From positions 1 to 56,090 of the IMG/VR virus record IMGVR_UViG_3300037191_001062: a DNA stretch of 56,090 nucleotides. One strand, 5' to 3'. Positions within the stretch are counted from its first letter, which is position 1, and every line of letters begins with the position of its first letter. The notes under the pieces were generated by a model that did not search any database, was not told where the DNA came from, and was given only the letters and a program-made list of their open reading frames with translations. Source of the stretch: a virus. Lineage: Duplodnaviria > Caudoviricetes. Below, in pieces: positions 54,110 to 56,090 of the stretch. The translations under genes and the position numbers were made by a program.

Positions 54110-54313
54110 ATGAAATTAAGCTATGGTGATGTTGTTAAATGTATTAATGCGAAATCTGATGTTCATGAACATGGTGTAATTACTGATGTTGCTCGTGGTG
54201 TTGACGAAATAGAATTTCTGTTAATGACAATTGATAATAAGTGCAACTGGTACAAGAGTGGTGAAATTGAAATAACAGAATATTGTAAATTGAGAATTCC
54301 ACGCGGTTTTTAA
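54110..54313 (+). CDS. small SH3/KOW-like hypothetical protein
   Basis: AGGA RBS; GDVVK...GVITDV. Confidence 0.65.
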   Translation: MKLSYGDVVKCINAKSDVHEHGVITDVARGVDEIEFLLMTIDNKCNWYKSGEIEITEYCKLRIPRGF

Positions 54314-54389
54314 AAAAAAATAGTTGTTGACGTTAGATTAACAAAAAACTTAATAACTTTAGTTTACATAAAATAATAAAGGCTTTATA

Positions 54390-54575
54390 ATGAATTTTGA
54401 AATAAAAACTAGTTACACGCAGTATACAACATTAGTTCCGCATTCTTTTTTGGGTTCTAGTCTAATGCCAGACTACGAGTTTAAAACTGCTATATCTAAG
54501 TACTTGGCGAAAGATTCGTTTTGTGTTGATGTTGAATGGTTTGATGAATCTTTCTTAGTAACCTTTAGAGTTTAA
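54390..54575 (+). CDS. hypothetical protein
   Basis: AAGG RBS after degenerate leader. Confidence 0.6.
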   Translation: MNFEIKTSYTQYTTLVPHSFLGSSLMPDYEFKTAISKYLAKDSFCVDVEWFDESFLVTFRV

Positions 54576-54587
54576 TTTAAATAAATG

Positions 54588-54648
54588 TTGACATTTATTT
54601 TGATTGTGTTATAATAGTTACATAAATTGATAAAGGAATTAAATTATG
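54588..54648 (+). promoter_or_regulatory. full promoter-leader-RBS cassette
   Basis: TTGACA-16-identical 39-mer ending in ATG. Confidence 0.9.
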
Positions 54649-55176
54649 AAGACTTTACAAGATTTGCTTAATTTAGCAGTTGAGCAGAATGGTGGAATAG
54701 ATAGATCTATTGAACAATGCGATCGCATGTATTCGTGTGAGTTTAGAACCGAATCATTCACACTTGGTAGATACTTTGAACTTAATTACGACATGAATAG
54801 TGATGATCATCAAAATATAATTGATGAATTGTTTATTGATATTGCTATTACGTTATATCCAACCAGTAAACACACAGCTCAAAAACCTGTTTATCCTACA
54901 TTTGATTTTGAAGATGACGAAGAGCAATATGAACACATTGTAGACGCTGAACTAGGGCATTATTATGATTCACTTGAATATTATAATACAGTTGCGGTTA
55001 CTTGGTTTAAATCAATATTCCCAGATTTTATAATAGATTTAAATACTAAAGTAATTGAATCTTGCAACTACAAAGGTGAAGGCGAAGGTGAAGTAATGTT
55101 ATTTGACACTAACAAGCATAAACCCATTTTTGTGAGTAAGTCGCATTCTTTTTATCAAGCAAATCAAGGTATATAA
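54646..55176 (+). CDS. acidic hypothetical protein
   Basis: starts at the cassette ATG. Confidence 0.75.
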   Translation: MKTLQDLLNLAVEQNGGIDRSIEQCDRMYSCEFRTESFTLGRYFELNYDMNSDDHQNIIDELFIDIAITLYPTSKHTAQKPVYPTFDFEDDEEQYEHIVDAELGHYYDSLEYYNTVAVTWFKSIFPDFIIDLNTKVIESCNYKGEGEGEVMLFDTNKHKPIFVSKSHSFYQANQGI

Positions 55177-55178
55177 TT

Positions 55179-55442
55179 ATGAATAACCAAAAGATTTTAG
55201 ATAATGTGCCAGAGGGTGCAACTCACTTTAGTTGGGATGGGTACTACTTAAAATATGACCTTAACAGAGTGCTGGAAATCTACCATGTTAATTACAAGCA
55301 TTGGCAGCAAGCTTCAACATGGATAGGGGTTGACCGCTCACTAGCTGATATTAAACGCATTGCAGGGTTAGAAACAGCAGAAAAACGCTTACAAGAACAG
55401 TTTGAAAACATTGCCAATAAAATATTTAAACGATCCATTTAA
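55179..55442 (+). CDS. hypothetical protein (PEGATH...RSLADIKRIA type)
   Basis: ILDNVPEGATHF, RSLADIKRIAGLE. Confidence 0.7.
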   Translation: MNNQKILDNVPEGATHFSWDGYYLKYDLNRVLEIYHVNYKHWQQASTWIGVDRSLADIKRIAGLETAEKRLQEQFENIANKIFKRSI

Positions 55443-55462
55443 AGTGCTAAAGGACTAGACAA

Positions 55463-55660
55463 GTGAGCAGACAGAAACGAACAACCATACAACACACAAA
55501 TGTCGATAACTTGCACAAGAAAATTGCAGAGCTTGAATATGTATTAAAATGTGTTAAAAAAGACCTTTTAATAAGAGCTGAAGAGGACAGTGATGGATTT
55601 AAAATTGTGAACTTGAGTTCATCACTCTGGATCACATTAAACGATGTAATAAAGGAGTAA
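55463..55660 (+). CDS. hypothetical protein
   Basis: AAGGA RBS, GTG start. Confidence 0.65.
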   Translation: MSRQKRTTIQHTNVDNLHKKIAELEYVLKCVKKDLLIRAEEDSDGFKIVNLSSSLWITLNDVIKE

Positions 55661-55665
55661 GTCAA

Positions 55666-55980
55666 GTGACTACTAGCCAGTATATAGCAGCAATACAACG
55701 TCAGTCAGATAAAATTGCAGAGCTTAAAGAGTTAATAGATTTAACCGGTTTGCAATATGATGCCTCTCGAACTGCCTTTATGAGTCAAGAGGCAATGCTT
55801 AGAAACCGTATTGCAGAGCTTAGGGAAAGGTTAATAGCTCCAACTGATAGTGGAGTTTTAGAATTAGATGATATTTGTAATAAATTTAACAGTAATAAAA
55901 AATCTAACTTGCATGATTTAACTTGTTCAATATGGAATAAGGCGCATTTTGAAGCACTAAAGGAGCAGGTCAAACTATGA
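55666..55980 (+). CDS. hypothetical coiled-coil protein
   Basis: AAGGAG RBS, GTG start. Confidence 0.7.
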   Translation: MTTSQYIAAIQRQSDKIAELKELIDLTGLQYDASRTAFMSQEAMLRNRIAELRERLIAPTDSGVLELDDICNKFNSNKKSNLHDLTCSIWNKAHFEALKEQVKL

Positions 55981-56090
55981 CTGTTCAGTCAAAACTATTA
56001 AAAATAGAACGCAGCATAAGACAATGTCAGGCAAACGGATTTTGCATTAAAAAATTAATTTTAGCTAAAAACTTTTATATTTCAAAACTA
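55977..56090 (+). CDS. hypothetical protein, truncated by window end
   Basis: ATGA overlap, MTVQSKLLKIERSIRQCQ..., open to the end. Confidence 0.5.
   Translation, partial: MTVQSKLLKIERSIRQCQANGFCIKKLILAKNFYISKL

Noticed and set aside
1-54648. Repeated 39-60 nt motif as a CRISPR array or attC-type integron sites
   Set aside because: Copies are dispersed, separated by whole genes, not palindromic, and explained as promoter plus RBS; no cas or integrase gene is present.
2301-55973. All minus-strand ORFs and nested alternative-frame ORFs in the track
   Set aside because: They overlap well-supported plus-strand genes, lack RBS or recognisable motifs, and all promoters found point in the plus direction.
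1-56090. tRNA or rRNA genes and alternative genetic code
   Set aside because: No cloverleaf with T-loop consensus was recognised by eye (tRNAscan-SE would be decisive); core genes translate full length in the standard code.

Overview
AT-rich, entirely plus-strand 56-kb segment of a T4-like myophage genome. Evidence: gp33, gp59, gp32, UvsX, gp41, gp61, RNase H, nrdA/nrdB/glutaredoxin, td/frd, PAAR gp5.4 and TATAAATA late promoters. The core replication and nucleotide-metabolism block (6.9-41.5 kb) is flanked by arrays of small early genes driven by about 26 sigma70-type promoters, many of which share a repeated promoter-leader-RBS cassette. Highlights: (1) uvsX is fractured into two adjacent genes by a naturally split intein (91-aa IntN, 39-aa IntC, Thr+1) with no intervening endonuclease; (2) a heme oxygenase plus PcyX-like bilin reductase pair with an unusual Lys at a normally acidic position; (3) a lysis region holding an endolysin, a ~300-nt multi-hairpin non-coding segment, a TM-coiled coil-PAS protein and a 3TM holin; (4) late modular proteins punctuated by repeated prohead-protease-like sites; (5) an Acb1-like anti-CBASS nuclease, a solo HicB-like protein, a complete thymidylate cycle (thyA, DHFR, glyA) and two glycosyltransferases. 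No tRNA, rRNA or CRISPR array was recognised. All calls come from motif recognition by eye; no database searches were run.
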